A stretch of DNA of 64,000 bases. Origin: Patescibacteria group bacterium (GTDB taxonomy: Bacteria > Patescibacteriota > Patescibacteriia > Patescibacteriales > UBA12465). The DNA is taken from contig JBAZJR010000001.1 in the NCBI GenBank assembly GCA_041651195.1, positions 71,601 through 135,600 of the forward strand, given 5' to 3'. Below are positions 20,401-28,912 of the stretch, in pieces; position 1 is the stretch's first letter; each line of letters starts with the position of its first letter. The position numbers and the translations under genes were made by a program. The notes beneath the pieces were generated by a model, which worked only from the letters and a program-made list of their open reading frames with translations, searched no databases and was not told the DNA's origin.

Positions 20401-22266
20401 GGCAAGAAGGATTTGAAGATAGAATTATCCGCCTACTCTAACACCGTCCCCGGCCCGGTCTATTTCGACGATATCAGCATTACCCCGATCCTCAAGGTTT
20501 CTAATACCGTTTTCGCCGCGCCGGAATGCCGTCTCTATCCTTCCACGACCAGCCTGAGCTGCGAGAATAAGAATAAGAATGTCATTGCTGAAGGACTGAA
20601 GGGCTATTGCTTGGAACACGACCCGCTCAATCCGAATGTCTGTCTGCTCTGGTACCCGATGGATAATATTCCGGTTTCTACCCCTTCCAGCCTGGGCTAT
20701 AATGGCAATTTCCCCCTGAATTATTGCACGGAGGTAAGCGGGAATTTTGACATCGTGGAGAAGAGAGTGGGGTTCTTACAACAGGAATTTATGAGAGATG
20801 ACATTTCTCTTTCTGGGAGCTCTTGCGTCGGGGAAGAAAAAATTGGTGATAATGATAGTGAAGGCTCATATTGCGTTAAAACTAGTGGGCAATGTTATGG
20901 GACAGCGCATGGCGATTCAAATATCAGCATTACCCCTTGTCCGGCAGGCTATAATCTTTGGATTTCGAAAAAATGGTGTCCCGGGAATTGTGATGACAAT
21001 AATTATTTTAAGATTATCTGTGTTCCGAACGGCGGCGATCTATTATTAAAGGAGACTGAAACGGCTACTCATGAGCAATCAGCTAACGGCGGCGATTGGG
21101 CGGAATGCCAAAGCGACCCTTACCCGGTCGGGTATGGTATCTTTAATGGGTTCCATGGCTATGAATCTTCTCAGAAACCGAAGTTGATGGTCTATGATTA
21201 TAATGACGTTCCTGCTTCAGCGTCGGAGCTTAAGGCGATTCCCGGCCTATCCGAAGGAGTTATCGGTGAAGCGAAATATTTTAATTTTAATTGTACGAGG
21301 CTGTCGCCGACCGTTGAAGCGAGCGGAGCTAACCATGCTTGGGTAGAAAGGGTAAAAGAGAATTCCGGCTCTACCTTGAAATCGCCTTTCTTTAAGTCTG
21401 ATTATCCACAGAATCTGGCTGATACGCCTTTCGGCGCGGCTAGCCAGGGACAAACTGCCGGCAATGGAAAAATTTCGCTTCGCGACCTTTCTAATAAGAA
21501 TGATCCGGTTTATGCCGGCCGGCCTTATGGATGCGTCAATGGTATCGGCAAGAATTGTGACCTGATCGGAGCTTGTTCTGGCGATTCCAGCATATATTGT
21601 CTGGCGACTTCGACTACCGGCCTTAACCTCGGACAGACCACTTGCGGTAGCTACGGTACTTGCCAAGCTCTTTGGACGCCGTCGGCCGCCAGCTATACTA
21701 ATCCGTCAGCGAAGACTATCTTGAAAAATATCTTCTTGAGTGTTAAAGACGCCTTGGTTCTTAACTCCGATGGTAAATATGAATTGGATCCGAGCGCTAA
21801 TTTCGATTTTTCGCGGAACGGTTCAGGTTCGGAGAAGATTCCGTTATGTGTCGAGGAAACGCGTCCGTCCCGTTCTAGTTCCTATGCCGAAACCGAAGAT
21901 AGTTTCTGCGCCATCCTGCCCCAATTAACGAATATCAAGCTCTATTTCAATGACAGCCGGATCGGCTCGGATACTAATCCGTATAATATCGAACAGAAAG
22001 GCATCTACCGCTTAGAGTTCAACAGCTTGATCGATAGCGAGCAGCAGCCGCTCAAGAAGATCTATATCGATTGGGGCGACGGCTATACTCAGGTCGTAAC
22101 GAATGAAGATCATCGTCCGACAATCGGCGCGCCGCACGTTTTCTATCATTATTACTATCAAACTGGTGAAAAGACGATTACTGTTGCTGTTACTGATAAT
22201 TGGGGGTTCTATAAATGTAACCAGAATAGCTGCGCGCAGTGCAATCAGAGTAATTGTTCTAATTAA
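14407..22266 (+). CDS. Giant (2619 aa) exported Cys-rich modular surface protein with jelly-roll/CBM-like modules and C-terminal PKD-like domain
   Basis: Uninterrupted 7.86 kb ORF with a signal peptide (MAVIFLSLSLVLTLLLPLKPAQA-QV). It contains dozens of Cys in CxxxC/CxC-rich spacers. Four modules are seeded by NLVMNSDF (16546), YDFETGLGGW (17929), NLVMNPSY (19216) and YDFETYPS (20050). A PKD-like region sits near 21990-22215 (IYIDWGDGYTQ...HVFYHYY...GEKTITVAVTDNWG). Confidence 0.8.
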   Translation: MFSFLKTKKERASRPGGKMAVIFLSLSLVLTLLLPLKPAQAQVGGFVTDVGNTIVNSAAWVWEKTSTVVWNAIQKAGSIAFQRTLSSALNKIAYDAANYIGSGGQGQKPLFVTMSLENYLKQAGDEAAGAFIESFVNNLNAPDQNMTCQNQYDTDVRTCADVFFDDAASYRYCISQADTAAVECAAKNANSSNVGNVTPSFNVCSPSSLEAKIRIGLGLVDQQRPQGPNCTASQMIKSWGDDINKKLASLRDDNYLQEFTSIFDPRSNDVGIYLLARADLSSQSNYKEEVTKSEFITNKGFLDVRDIAGAIQGVPGEAQREADAAARARQEALGKTTGDILIDSANIFLNQLYIAAFDNLLRNLAKQTGGSSSATLTDPGADPGAQKGEKAVKQVTTSLLQPKFGIRTDYDVLSSLAICPNPKNPGPDNCVVDDKFMQAITEKKTVAEAIADGYLHGDWQITAESYGSSYNSAYSLRNILILRKYRIVPTGWEKAARELVADPEKPKKATLSDLVSCFDPNDQYNSFSTDFLAERAWCVGLVDPNWVLKAPLNYCQKEGVGAQILSMNIIPAVAPASSTLSITRADDYCADNQTCIKEKDDGSCEAYGYCNSERRTWNFDTASCQPINNTCQSFSDAAGRRFSYLKNTLDYSDCNSNNSGCRQYALSGTYAASTQAVSWNGGIVRYLNKNLSACTKNNEGCTGLLRIKPTWGANLVMNSDFTNDSIGDSATAGKLNDWPIIGQATIVNASEEPGNASGKALKLSSSSGWSGVYSDNRNSLLPANFQIMGGQSYTLSADVYLAARGTSGTGVIMTIGAGTDSVSVGTDTLSSWQHLSATMPAGRSFNEPDFKVSAGAGAVFYLRNLKFEMSNWDTGYSSYGAFKFYERLLPPYLEKACYVDATSATKDYNLKSDAPTVCADYARKCNKDEVGCERYTSARDNFTIGAKTTDADYCPADCLGYDVYIARGSYFNIPVAENLIPAKATACSAAAAGCNEFTNLDALSQGGEQKEYYTRLKQCIKPSATACANFYSWEGTENGYQLKAYSLKKNGSQPAVTAPEVAADGSALCDAEIYRLSPSDPRYNADCREFYNAAGQVSYHLVSRTYTCSDNCRTYRMSEKNEGNVCLNGGVWDTAAQACIYQAIPGEGQSCRAEESGCREYNGNNGSNVRLAASYDFETGLGGWFSPVAGALQLSNIANNKDGHSIKIPAQVPIELPVSHFVRSGSAYSLKFLARSGVEADLQISLQNPATGATANFSTVKVKGGNEWGIYQANLFNLDHPVGQPTAGYPNGEVMFVSANADFYLDDIVLMESGISDRYYLIRNSSQTPEACYYDTQNQYQGPDYNLGCTQYTDRNQLKHNLHGFTRLCSDSAVGCEQMIDTKNYSPYGAAFWEKGVATSSCNVADADCVKVEGDSAVYAVYDSGKLCSAANQGCSRLGEGQGGANFTGWADVFKNNNPDQYNTILCSQANVGCEEWKNVDDNTASYFKNPGAAACAYRVSTNPGVIGKRWFKIPVKRCDLDGSGKIESDEGLGQICTSDSNCGARKCLIDNNDYECPVTYSKTIGFGGTGNQVPTPAGNAGQCEASFSGCTEYIDPVTRFAPNLVMNPSYELIEDNLDGWGAASKEKWNGAVPASGQQAIRLEPYKLYSAVVTNGSSASPTRLVFLNVVNRLGDNNLFGAATTSLEIVSSQPAIFNAMNNRAVLIQGGAAGKTISVKELAINYQLLKNVDKTSCQGQTKFDNGCILFNERAVDGAAPASLTADAYATTDGTTPALCSTAGSCTANRLVKVRPDRVCASWLDCISYTQDPVSKKKTCYAFGECDRLDDKGECANFLSPNPDSAIFTLDPKIDQNATGYSLADQYNLSDMKLDGRSLDTDFKYDFETYPSACASSGQYGCTINSPDLATKFGTDYPANGSAYLKVGPKVGEAGYLLAEDISVRFSDTEEYYLNYLVSTKDSAGAFARITITDQLGSVTSTDVRADTGWQRKTEKLKLGVGKKDLKIELSAYSNTVPGPVYFDDISITPILKVSNTVFAAPECRLYPSTTSLSCENKNKNVIAEGLKGYCLEHDPLNPNVCLLWYPMDNIPVSTPSSLGYNGNFPLNYCTEVSGNFDIVEKRVGFLQQEFMRDDISLSGSSCVGEEKIGDNDSEGSYCVKTSGQCYGTAHGDSNISITPCPAGYNLWISKKWCPGNCDDNNYFKIICVPNGGDLLLKETETATHEQSANGGDWAECQSDPYPVGYGIFNGFHGYESSQKPKLMVYDYNDVPASASELKAIPGLSEGVIGEAKYFNFNCTRLSPTVEASGANHAWVERVKENSGSTLKSPFFKSDYPQNLADTPFGAASQGQTAGNGKISLRDLSNKNDPVYAGRPYGCVNGIGKNCDLIGACSGDSSIYCLATSTTGLNLGQTTCGSYGTCQALWTPSAASYTNPSAKTILKNIFLSVKDALVLNSDGKYELDPSANFDFSRNGSGSEKIPLCVEETRPSRSSSYAETEDSFCAILPQLTNIKLYFNDSRIGSDTNPYNIEQKGIYRLEFNSLIDSEQQPLKKIYIDWGDGYTQVVTNEDHRPTIGAPHVFYHYYYQTGEKTITVAVTDNWGFYKCNQNSCAQCNQSNCSN

Positions 22267-22307
22267 ATTTTCGGGTGAGCCTAGAAATAATCAGAGCCTT
22301 AAAAAAT

Positions 22308-22937
22308 ATGAGTATCGATGATCGGCTCCTAAATCAGAATAGCGGCGCGGAACAGGCGGCCGATAAGGCCGGCAACTTGCGGGAGGCGCAGAGAGATGGC
22401 AGCGATCCGTTAGACGCCTCGGTAGGCAGTTCCCGGAGTTTGCGGGAAACGATCCTGGAAAAGCAGCGGCAGATTGCCCTGGAAACGAAGAAAGCGGAAT
22501 ATCTGAGCCTAGCGGGCGGCGCTTCAGCCGCGGCCGCGCCGATCCAGAAAGGCACCTCGCGGCTATTACGGCAATCTTGGCTGAATTTGATTGACAGTTT
22601 CGGCTTGACCTTGATTTGGATCAATATCCATGTTTTTCTGAGGTATGTTATCGGTGAAAAGTTCTTTTGTAAGCTAGGTAGAGAATGGGCAGACCTTTTG
22701 CCGGGCGGCGGACAGGCCGCGCCATTGTTAAAAGATTGGGCCGATAAATCAGGAAAATCTATCGGGACAGTAGAAATGATTGTGTTCGCTATTTGCGACC
22801 TGCTGCTCTTTCTCCTGATAATTGCTATAATTAGCTTAGTCGCCATGATTGTCGGGGTGATGGATAATCCGCTTAGTTTCTTTTATGAAGCCTTGAAATT
22901 GATCGCCGGCAGCCTATGGGAGGAAATCTCCAAATAG
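22308..22937 (+). CDS. Hypothetical membrane protein (T4SS-like locus)
   Basis: The ATG at 22308 is preferred over the GTG at 22275. Hydrophobic segments are GLTLIWINIHVFLRYVIG and MIVFAICDLLLFLLIIAIISLVAMIVGVM. No recognisable family. Confidence 0.5.
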   Translation: MSIDDRLLNQNSGAEQAADKAGNLREAQRDGSDPLDASVGSSRSLRETILEKQRQIALETKKAEYLSLAGGASAAAAPIQKGTSRLLRQSWLNLIDSFGLTLIWINIHVFLRYVIGEKFFCKLGREWADLLPGGGQAAPLLKDWADKSGKSIGTVEMIVFAICDLLLFLLIIAIISLVAMIVGVMDNPLSFFYEALKLIAGSLWEEISK

Positions 22938-22980
22938 CCTTTTTAAAGAGTTAAAATTTAAATACAATCTATAATCGGTT

Positions 22981-25611
22981 ATGCCATCGATCACTAAGAA
23001 AAAATATTTTATCCTCTCGCTTTCGCTCCTTGTTGTAGCCGGAGTTTTTCTGGTCGGTCATAATGCCTTAGCGGAATCAGATTGGGCGAACGAGATCATT
23101 GCTGGCTTACTTGGTATCTTTATCTGGGCTTTGGGGATTATTTTGGGTCTAGCTCTGGAGACTTTAATTGTTATTGCCAGTTATCAGCATTTCATCGATT
23201 CGCAGGCCGTTATCCTCGGCTGGGTTATTGTGCGCGATATCTGCAATATGTTCTTCGTCATCGTCCTGATGATCATCGCTTTCGGCACTATTTTGCATCT
23301 AGAGGAGTATAGCTACAAGAAATGGCTGCCCAAGCTGATTTTGATGGCCATTCTGATCAATTTTTCTAAGACGATCTGCGGTTTATTGATTGACGTGACC
23401 CAGGTGGCGATGCTGACTTTCGTCAATGCTTTTAAGGATATCGGCGGCGGCAACGCCGTAGAAATGCTCGGCATCAGTGAGATCGTTACTTTATCCGAGG
23501 GTAATCTTAAGGGCGTTTTTAACATTGTTGGCGCCTACCTCTTGGGCATGATCTATCTGATCGTCTCGATCGTCGTGATCGTGACGATGATGATGATGCT
23601 CGTGATGCGCCTGGTTATGATTTGGATCTATGTAGTCTTATCGCCAGCCGCCTATCTCTTATCCGCTTTTCCGGGCGGCCAGAAATATGCTTCGCAGTGG
23701 TGGAGCGAATTTATCAAGAATCTGATTGTCGGGCCAGTCCTCGCTTTCTTTATCTGGTTATCTTTGGCTTCTCTGGGCGCGGGCAGCTCTTTTGAGAGCA
23801 CTGTCTATGGATCCGCCGGCGCTGATGAAAAGGCTAGCGCCTATGGCACGACTATTAATCAGGGCTTTACCGTCACTAATGCCTCTAAGCCAAGCGTCCT
23901 CATAAAATTCGTCGTGGCGATCGGGATGCTGGTCGGCGGGCTGATGGTTTCCCAACAGATCGGCGGCGCGGCCGGCGGCCTGGCCGGGAAAGGGATCGCG
24001 GCACTGCAGAAGGGGAAGGGACTGGCTCTCTCTGGAGGTAAGAAATTGCTCTCGGGCGATAATTATTTAGCCAGAAAGACGATGAAAATTGCAGGTTTTG
24101 ATGTTCGGCCGGTAGCTATTGGGGCGGCAATTAAATCTGGATTTGAAAAAACAAAAAGACAAGATGAAACTGACATCAAATTGCAGGGTATTAAAAATTT
24201 ACAGTCCGGCGGAGCTAGGGCGGTATTAGGGGGCGTAGGGGCAGGAGCAGACTGGACAGATAATTATGTTGGCGGCTTCCTTGGCGTTAAAGGAATTAAA
24301 AATTCTTTTAAAGAAATGTTTTCTAACCCCGGCAAGAGAAAAGATATAAAACAAGACATTGATAAAAAAAGTGAAGAGATTAGAAATAAAAAAGAGGAAT
24401 TTGACAGTAGTATCAGCCATACTAAGTTAGTTGAAGAAGAAAATAATTTAAGAGTCAATAGAGAAAAAGAGAGTAGCTTGGCTGATGATAAATTTCAGGC
24501 ATCAATGAAGGTCGGAGAAGCCAGGATTGCTCATGGAGAGTTTTCTAATGAATATAAGGAGGCAAAAAAGAAATATGATGAATTAGACAGTGTGCATGTT
24601 AGGACAAAAAAAGAAAATGACTCTAAAGAACAGGAAATTATTGAAAGGAGAACTAGTGTTAAATCAGATGAGGAATACGAAAGAATGGGAAAGGAAATTA
24701 AAGACAAAGAAAATGAGATGAGCCATTTGAAGAAAAAATTAGCTCAGGTGGCGACGCCTAAGGCCCTAGAGACTCGTGGAGAATATCGTAAGGCAATTAA
24801 TGAGAGTACAGCTAAGATTAAGGATGTTACCAATGCCGACGAGTTAATCAATCTCTATGATGATGCTGACCGTCGCGATAACAAATTTGATAAGATTGCT
24901 GTTCTAGAAAAATTATCTCATGATGCGAATCTCAATGAAGTCCTAAATGATAGAGGATACGGAGCTGATGCTGAGGGGTTATATAGGTTTACTCATAATA
25001 TGGAGAATGTTCGAGGTGAAAAGAGAGGGGTAACCGGGTTGGACGACCAAGAGGTTTTGCAATTATTTAATGATTTAGGTGAATCAGAAGAACGGGTCGG
25101 TCACTGGGAAATGGCTAAAACAGTCGTTATGAATGATAAAGGAGAGCTGGTTAGCTCAGTTAAACCAAAAATGAAGAACGCTGTCGGTAAAGAGGTTGAT
25201 TGGGATGGTAAAAATGAAAAAGACATAAGCGGATGGGATGATAGCGCTCATGTAATTGCCTCTGCTTCAGAAATTGCCAAACTTGATCCGCAGAAAATTT
25301 TGACTTCATTAAATCGTTTGGCGGTTGGTGGAGAGAATGGTTTTGGTAAATTTCAATTATCTAATTTAGGCCGCGTTCTAATTCAAATGTTAGATCAGGC
25401 GGGCGTTTTTGATGCTCAGAAAGGCAGATTACAGAACAATTTGGCTAGAAATTTGGCGTCGCCAGAGATCTTTCAAGAATTAAAGGATGTCTTAAATATC
25501 ACCAAGGCTTCACTCGACGCCATAAAATTACGGTCTGCCGCTAGCCCCTCCGATATTCTTAATAAGATGGCGCAAGCCCAAGTTAGAGAAAGACGTAGCC
25601 GTGGCGTTTAA
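22981..25611 (+). CDS. TrbL/VirB6-like polytopic membrane protein with long Lys/Glu-rich coiled-coil C-terminal extension
   Basis: At least six predicted TM helices lie in the first ~330 aa, followed by a Gly-rich segment (GGAAGGLAGKGIAALQKGKG). About 500 aa of charged, helical sequence follow. The position next to other T4SS-like genes supports the call. The family assignment is a topology/context inference. Confidence 0.5.
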   Translation: MPSITKKKYFILSLSLLVVAGVFLVGHNALAESDWANEIIAGLLGIFIWALGIILGLALETLIVIASYQHFIDSQAVILGWVIVRDICNMFFVIVLMIIAFGTILHLEEYSYKKWLPKLILMAILINFSKTICGLLIDVTQVAMLTFVNAFKDIGGGNAVEMLGISEIVTLSEGNLKGVFNIVGAYLLGMIYLIVSIVVIVTMMMMLVMRLVMIWIYVVLSPAAYLLSAFPGGQKYASQWWSEFIKNLIVGPVLAFFIWLSLASLGAGSSFESTVYGSAGADEKASAYGTTINQGFTVTNASKPSVLIKFVVAIGMLVGGLMVSQQIGGAAGGLAGKGIAALQKGKGLALSGGKKLLSGDNYLARKTMKIAGFDVRPVAIGAAIKSGFEKTKRQDETDIKLQGIKNLQSGGARAVLGGVGAGADWTDNYVGGFLGVKGIKNSFKEMFSNPGKRKDIKQDIDKKSEEIRNKKEEFDSSISHTKLVEEENNLRVNREKESSLADDKFQASMKVGEARIAHGEFSNEYKEAKKKYDELDSVHVRTKKENDSKEQEIIERRTSVKSDEEYERMGKEIKDKENEMSHLKKKLAQVATPKALETRGEYRKAINESTAKIKDVTNADELINLYDDADRRDNKFDKIAVLEKLSHDANLNEVLNDRGYGADAEGLYRFTHNMENVRGEKRGVTGLDDQEVLQLFNDLGESEERVGHWEMAKTVVMNDKGELVSSVKPKMKNAVGKEVDWDGKNEKDISGWDDSAHVIASASEIAKLDPQKILTSLNRLAVGGENGFGKFQLSNLGRVLIQMLDQAGVFDAQKGRLQNNLARNLASPEIFQELKDVLNITKASLDAIKLRSAASPSDILNKMAQAQVRERRSRGV

Positions 25612-25622
25612 TTATAATTTTT

Positions 25623-26624
25623 ATGCCGGAATATTTACAGGATAAAAAAATATTAGAAGAACTAGAGGCTTTCGCCGATTTGATGGTTGAGCAAGATTTG
25701 GTTGGAGATAGTATTACATTAGCGCATTTGATTGAAGGATTTTTTAAAGAATATCCCGAATTTTTTAAAAAAAATCCAGATCTTTTTAAAAGTTATGGCA
25801 GCTACCTGACCAAGGCTAAATTTGTGCACCTTTTTAATCTGGAGGATAAAGATATTGTTGATTTATTAAATAATCATTTAAGTCTCATTTTAGACTCGTT
25901 GAATTATGATCTATTCAACAAGATCAGACAAAAATTATTAACTATTTATGATTTGGCAGAACGAGACAAGCTCAAAGATAAGATGAGGGATTGCATTTTG
26001 AAAAATAGCGAGAAGATAACTACTGGTAAAATTAAAATTAATAATTTAGAACAAGAACCAACTATTGGCAACTGGGCTAAGGATTATTATTCTTATGTTG
26101 GCATCGAATCTGCTGATAGCTTGCTGCAAAATCAATATTTAGTCGACAATATTAATGTTAAAAAAATATCAAGTAAGGAAAAAATAAGAGTTAAAAAAAT
26201 TATTGATTGTTTGGAAAGATTTAAGCTATCCTCTGCGCAGAGGCATGGCTTAGAAGAGAGCTTTCCCGCCATTTCTCCTAATGGAGAATTGATTATTATT
26301 AGTAATGCCCAACCTCAAAAAGTGGACCCTAATATTATTAAGTTTTATAAAAAGGCAGCGTTGATTTCTGGTGGAGAATTACAGGATGAGAGCGCTTTTG
26401 CTAAGAAATTAGGGTCAGAGACAGGCGCCGCAGTACGATCCAGTATGTCATCATCGGTAGCTAAGCCCGCTCCCGCCCCCCTCGCCGAACTAGAACAAGC
26501 TTTAAAGAACTATCAAGAATCCAGCTTGGAACATAAGGCGATCAAACAGGAAATCAACCGTTTAAAAGTTGCGGCTTTCAAGCAAGCGCAGAAACCATTA
26601 CCAAAAACCAATGTTAAGAGCTAA
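25623..26624 (+). CDS. Hypothetical soluble protein (AT-rich gene downstream of TrbL-like gene)
   Basis: 333-aa ORF with no TM segments and no motif I recognise. Its 3' end overlaps the next gene by 14 nt. Confidence 0.55.
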   Translation: MPEYLQDKKILEELEAFADLMVEQDLVGDSITLAHLIEGFFKEYPEFFKKNPDLFKSYGSYLTKAKFVHLFNLEDKDIVDLLNNHLSLILDSLNYDLFNKIRQKLLTIYDLAERDKLKDKMRDCILKNSEKITTGKIKINNLEQEPTIGNWAKDYYSYVGIESADSLLQNQYLVDNINVKKISSKEKIRVKKIIDCLERFKLSSAQRHGLEESFPAISPNGELIIISNAQPQKVDPNIIKFYKKAALISGGELQDESAFAKKLGSETGAAVRSSMSSSVAKPAPAPLAELEQALKNYQESSLEHKAIKQEINRLKVAAFKQAQKPLPKTNVKS

Positions 26625-27570
26625 ATCGGCGCTAGTCGCCGTTTCCGGCTCCTTGGCTTATGATCAGATTATGGATTTCCCGGGCCGCTTCAGCGACCAT
26701 ATCCTGCCCGAGGCGATCCATAACCTGAACTTAAGCTTTTTTCTTAATAGCTGCCGTCAGAGCTTTGGCGGCACAGCCGGAAACATCGCCTATAATCTAT
26801 ATCTTTTACAAGAACGGCCGGCCATCCTCGGAGTAGCTGGTTCGGATTTTTTAAATTACCAAAAATTATTGAAAAGCCGGCGGGCGGATATTGGGCGGAT
26901 CCGCATCGTGCCTGGCGCGCGGACAGCCACCGCCTATATTATCACCGACCAAGGCGACAACCAGATCGCCGGCTATTATCCCGGTCCGCTCCCGAAAAAT
27001 TATGCCCGCCCAGCTGCGCTCAGCCTTGGCCCGGTTGATTTGGCGATAGTCGCGCCGGATGATAAAGATCGGATGCTCGCTTACTCCGCTGTCTACAAGA
27101 AAGGGCATACCCCTTATATCTTCGATCCCGGCCAGGCGCTGATTGCTTTTTCCGCCGTTGAATTGCGCCAGGCGGTTAGCGGCGCTAAGATCCTGATCGG
27201 GAACGATTATGAAATCAAGCTTATTCAGGATAAATTAAAAGTCAGCCTAGCTGCCTTGACCAAGCAGGTCGAGATATTAATTATCACGCAAGGCGCCCAG
27301 GGCTCGGAAATCTATCAAGGCAATGAGAAGATAGTCGTCAAAGCGGCCAAACCGAAAAATACTTCCGACCCGACCGGCGCCGGTGACGCTTATCGCGCGG
27401 GCTTGATAAAAGGTCTCTTAAAAGGCTATAATTTAAAGACTTGCGGCCAGATGGCGGCCCTCGCAGCTGTCTATACGGTGGAGAAATTCGGGACCCAGAC
27501 GCATAAATTCACTTTGAGAGAATTTCAAAAGAGATACCAAGAAAATTTTAAAGAAAAATTAGTTTTATAA
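26611..27570 (+). CDS. PfkB-family carbohydrate/nucleoside kinase (adenosine-kinase-like by context)
   Basis: PfkB signature DPTGAGDAYRAGLI near the C-terminus and GGTAGNIAYNL near the N-terminus. The ATG at 26611 is preferred over the track start 26569. It lies directly upstream of ahcY. Confidence 0.8.
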   Translation: MLRAKSALVAVSGSLAYDQIMDFPGRFSDHILPEAIHNLNLSFFLNSCRQSFGGTAGNIAYNLYLLQERPAILGVAGSDFLNYQKLLKSRRADIGRIRIVPGARTATAYIITDQGDNQIAGYYPGPLPKNYARPAALSLGPVDLAIVAPDDKDRMLAYSAVYKKGHTPYIFDPGQALIAFSAVELRQAVSGAKILIGNDYEIKLIQDKLKVSLAALTKQVEILIITQGAQGSEIYQGNEKIVVKAAKPKNTSDPTGAGDAYRAGLIKGLLKGYNLKTCGQMAALAAVYTVEKFGTQTHKFTLREFQKRYQENFKEKLVL

Positions 27571-27585
27571 AATTAGTTTCATAAT

Positions 27586-28839
27586 ATGACTCATCATGTT
27601 CAAGATCTGAAGCTGGCGGCTGACGGCGAAAAACGGTTAGAATGGGCCGGGCGCGATATGCCGGTTTTAGCCGGTATCCAGGCCGAATTTAAGAAAACTA
27701 AACCTTTTAGGGGAAAACGCATTTCCGCCTGCATGCATGTGACGGCCGAAACAGCTAACCTGATGTTAGCGCTCCAAGCCGGCGGCGCGGATATTACCTT
27801 GGTGGCCTCTAATCCTCTATCAACGCAGGACGATATCGCCGCGGCTTTGGTTAAGAATCACGGCTTGAAAGTTTTAGCACTCCACGGCGAAGATACTAAG
27901 ACCTATTATCAGCATCTGAACCAGGCTTTAAAGAATCGGCCGCAGATCACGATGGACGACGGCGCGGATCTGATTTCACTACTGCATAATAAATACAAGA
28001 ATCAGGCAAAGGATATCTTAGGGAGTATGGAAGAGACGACCACCGGCGTGATCCGTCTCCGAGCGCTCGCGGCGCATAATAAATTATTGCTGCCGGTCAT
28101 TGCTGTCAATGATGCCAAGACTAAGAACCTATTTGATAATCGCTATGGCACCGGGCAATCCACTTTAGACGGGATCATCCGGGCGACCGGCATCTTAGTT
28201 GCCGGCAAAACCATGGTTGTCGCCGGTTATGGCTGGTGCGGCCGCGGTTTCGCGATGCGCGCGCGCGGCATGGGCGCCAAAGTGATCGTGACGGAAGTAG
28301 ATGAGATCAAATCCTTAGAAGCGGCCATGGACGGCTTCCAGGTCATGCCGATGGTCGAAGCGGCCAAAGTCGGCGATGTCTTCTGTACACTCACCGGCGA
28401 TATCAAGGTTATTGATCGGGCGCATTTCAAACTGATGAAAGACGGCGCCATGGTCTGCAATTCCGGACATTTTGACGTGGAAATAAATATTCCGGCTCTT
28501 AAGAAGATGGCGCGGCGGGTGAACCGGGTGGCGGCGCAGGTGGAAGAATATCTGGTCGGGAGTCGCCGGATATATGTGCTCGGCCAGGGGCGCTTGATCA
28601 ATCTCGCCGCGGCCGAAGGCCATCCGTCCAGCGTCATGGACATGAGTTTCTCTACCCAGGCTTTAGCAGCCCTATATGTCGTGAAGAGTGCCGGCAAATT
28701 AAGCAGTAAGGTCCATAACGTGCCGGAAAGCATCGAAAAGAAAGTCGCCACCTTGAAGCTTAAGTCATTGGGGATAAGGATAGATAAATTAACCAAGGAA
28801 CAAGCGGCGTATTTAGCTTCTTGGGAATTGGGGACTTAA
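27586..28839 (+). CDS. ahcY: S-adenosyl-L-homocysteine hydrolase
   Basis: 417 aa. EETTTGV, the NAD-binding [17 protein letters not shown], and GHFDVEI are AhcY hallmarks. Confidence 0.95.
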   Translation: MTHHVQDLKLAADGEKRLEWAGRDMPVLAGIQAEFKKTKPFRGKRISACMHVTAETANLMLALQAGGADITLVASNPLSTQDDIAAALVKNHGLKVLALHGEDTKTYYQHLNQALKNRPQITMDDGADLISLLHNKYKNQAKDILGSMEETTTGVIRLRALAAHNKLLLPVIAVNDAKTKNLFDNRYGTGQSTLDGIIRATGILVAGKTMVVAGYGWCGRGFAMRARGMGAKVIVTEVDEIKSLEAAMDGFQVMPMVEAAKVGDVFCTLTGDIKVIDRAHFKLMKDGAMVCNSGHFDVEINIPALKKMARRVNRVAAQVEEYLVGSRRIYVLGQGRLINLAAAEGHPSSVMDMSFSTQALAALYVVKSAGKLSSKVHNVPESIEKKVATLKLKSLGIRIDKLTKEQAAYLASWELGT

Positions 28840-28859
28840 AAAATAAGCTAAATTAGGGG

Positions 28860-28888
28860 TTGATTTATATATTGTAATAATATACAAT
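28860..28888 (+). promoter_or_regulatory. Promoter candidate for the MNT/HEPN pair
   Basis: TTGATT (28860-28865), a 17-nt spacer, then TACAAT (28883-28888). The -10 element lies inside the first operator-like palindrome. Confidence 0.4.
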
Positions 28889-28910
28889 ATATATTGTAAT
28901 AATATACAAT
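28867..28910. repeat. Two tandem 22-bp copies of a palindromic operator-like element
   Basis: atatattgtaataatatacaat occurs twice back to back (28867-28888, 28889-28910). Each copy contains the inverted repeat attgta-N6-tacaat. The array ends 2 nt before the ATG of a winged-helix-containing protein. Confidence 0.6.
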
Positions 28911-28912
28911 AT

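Noticed and set aside
28227-28796. 189-aa and 102-aa minus-strand ORFs
   Set aside because: They are antisense to ahcY, whose identity is unambiguous. No independent signals support them.
28867-28910. Possible CRISPR array or other multi-copy repeat array
   Set aside because: There are only two 22-bp units with no spacers. The palindromic structure and promoter overlap fit an operator. No CRISPR-like repeat-spacer periodicity was seen anywhere in the window.
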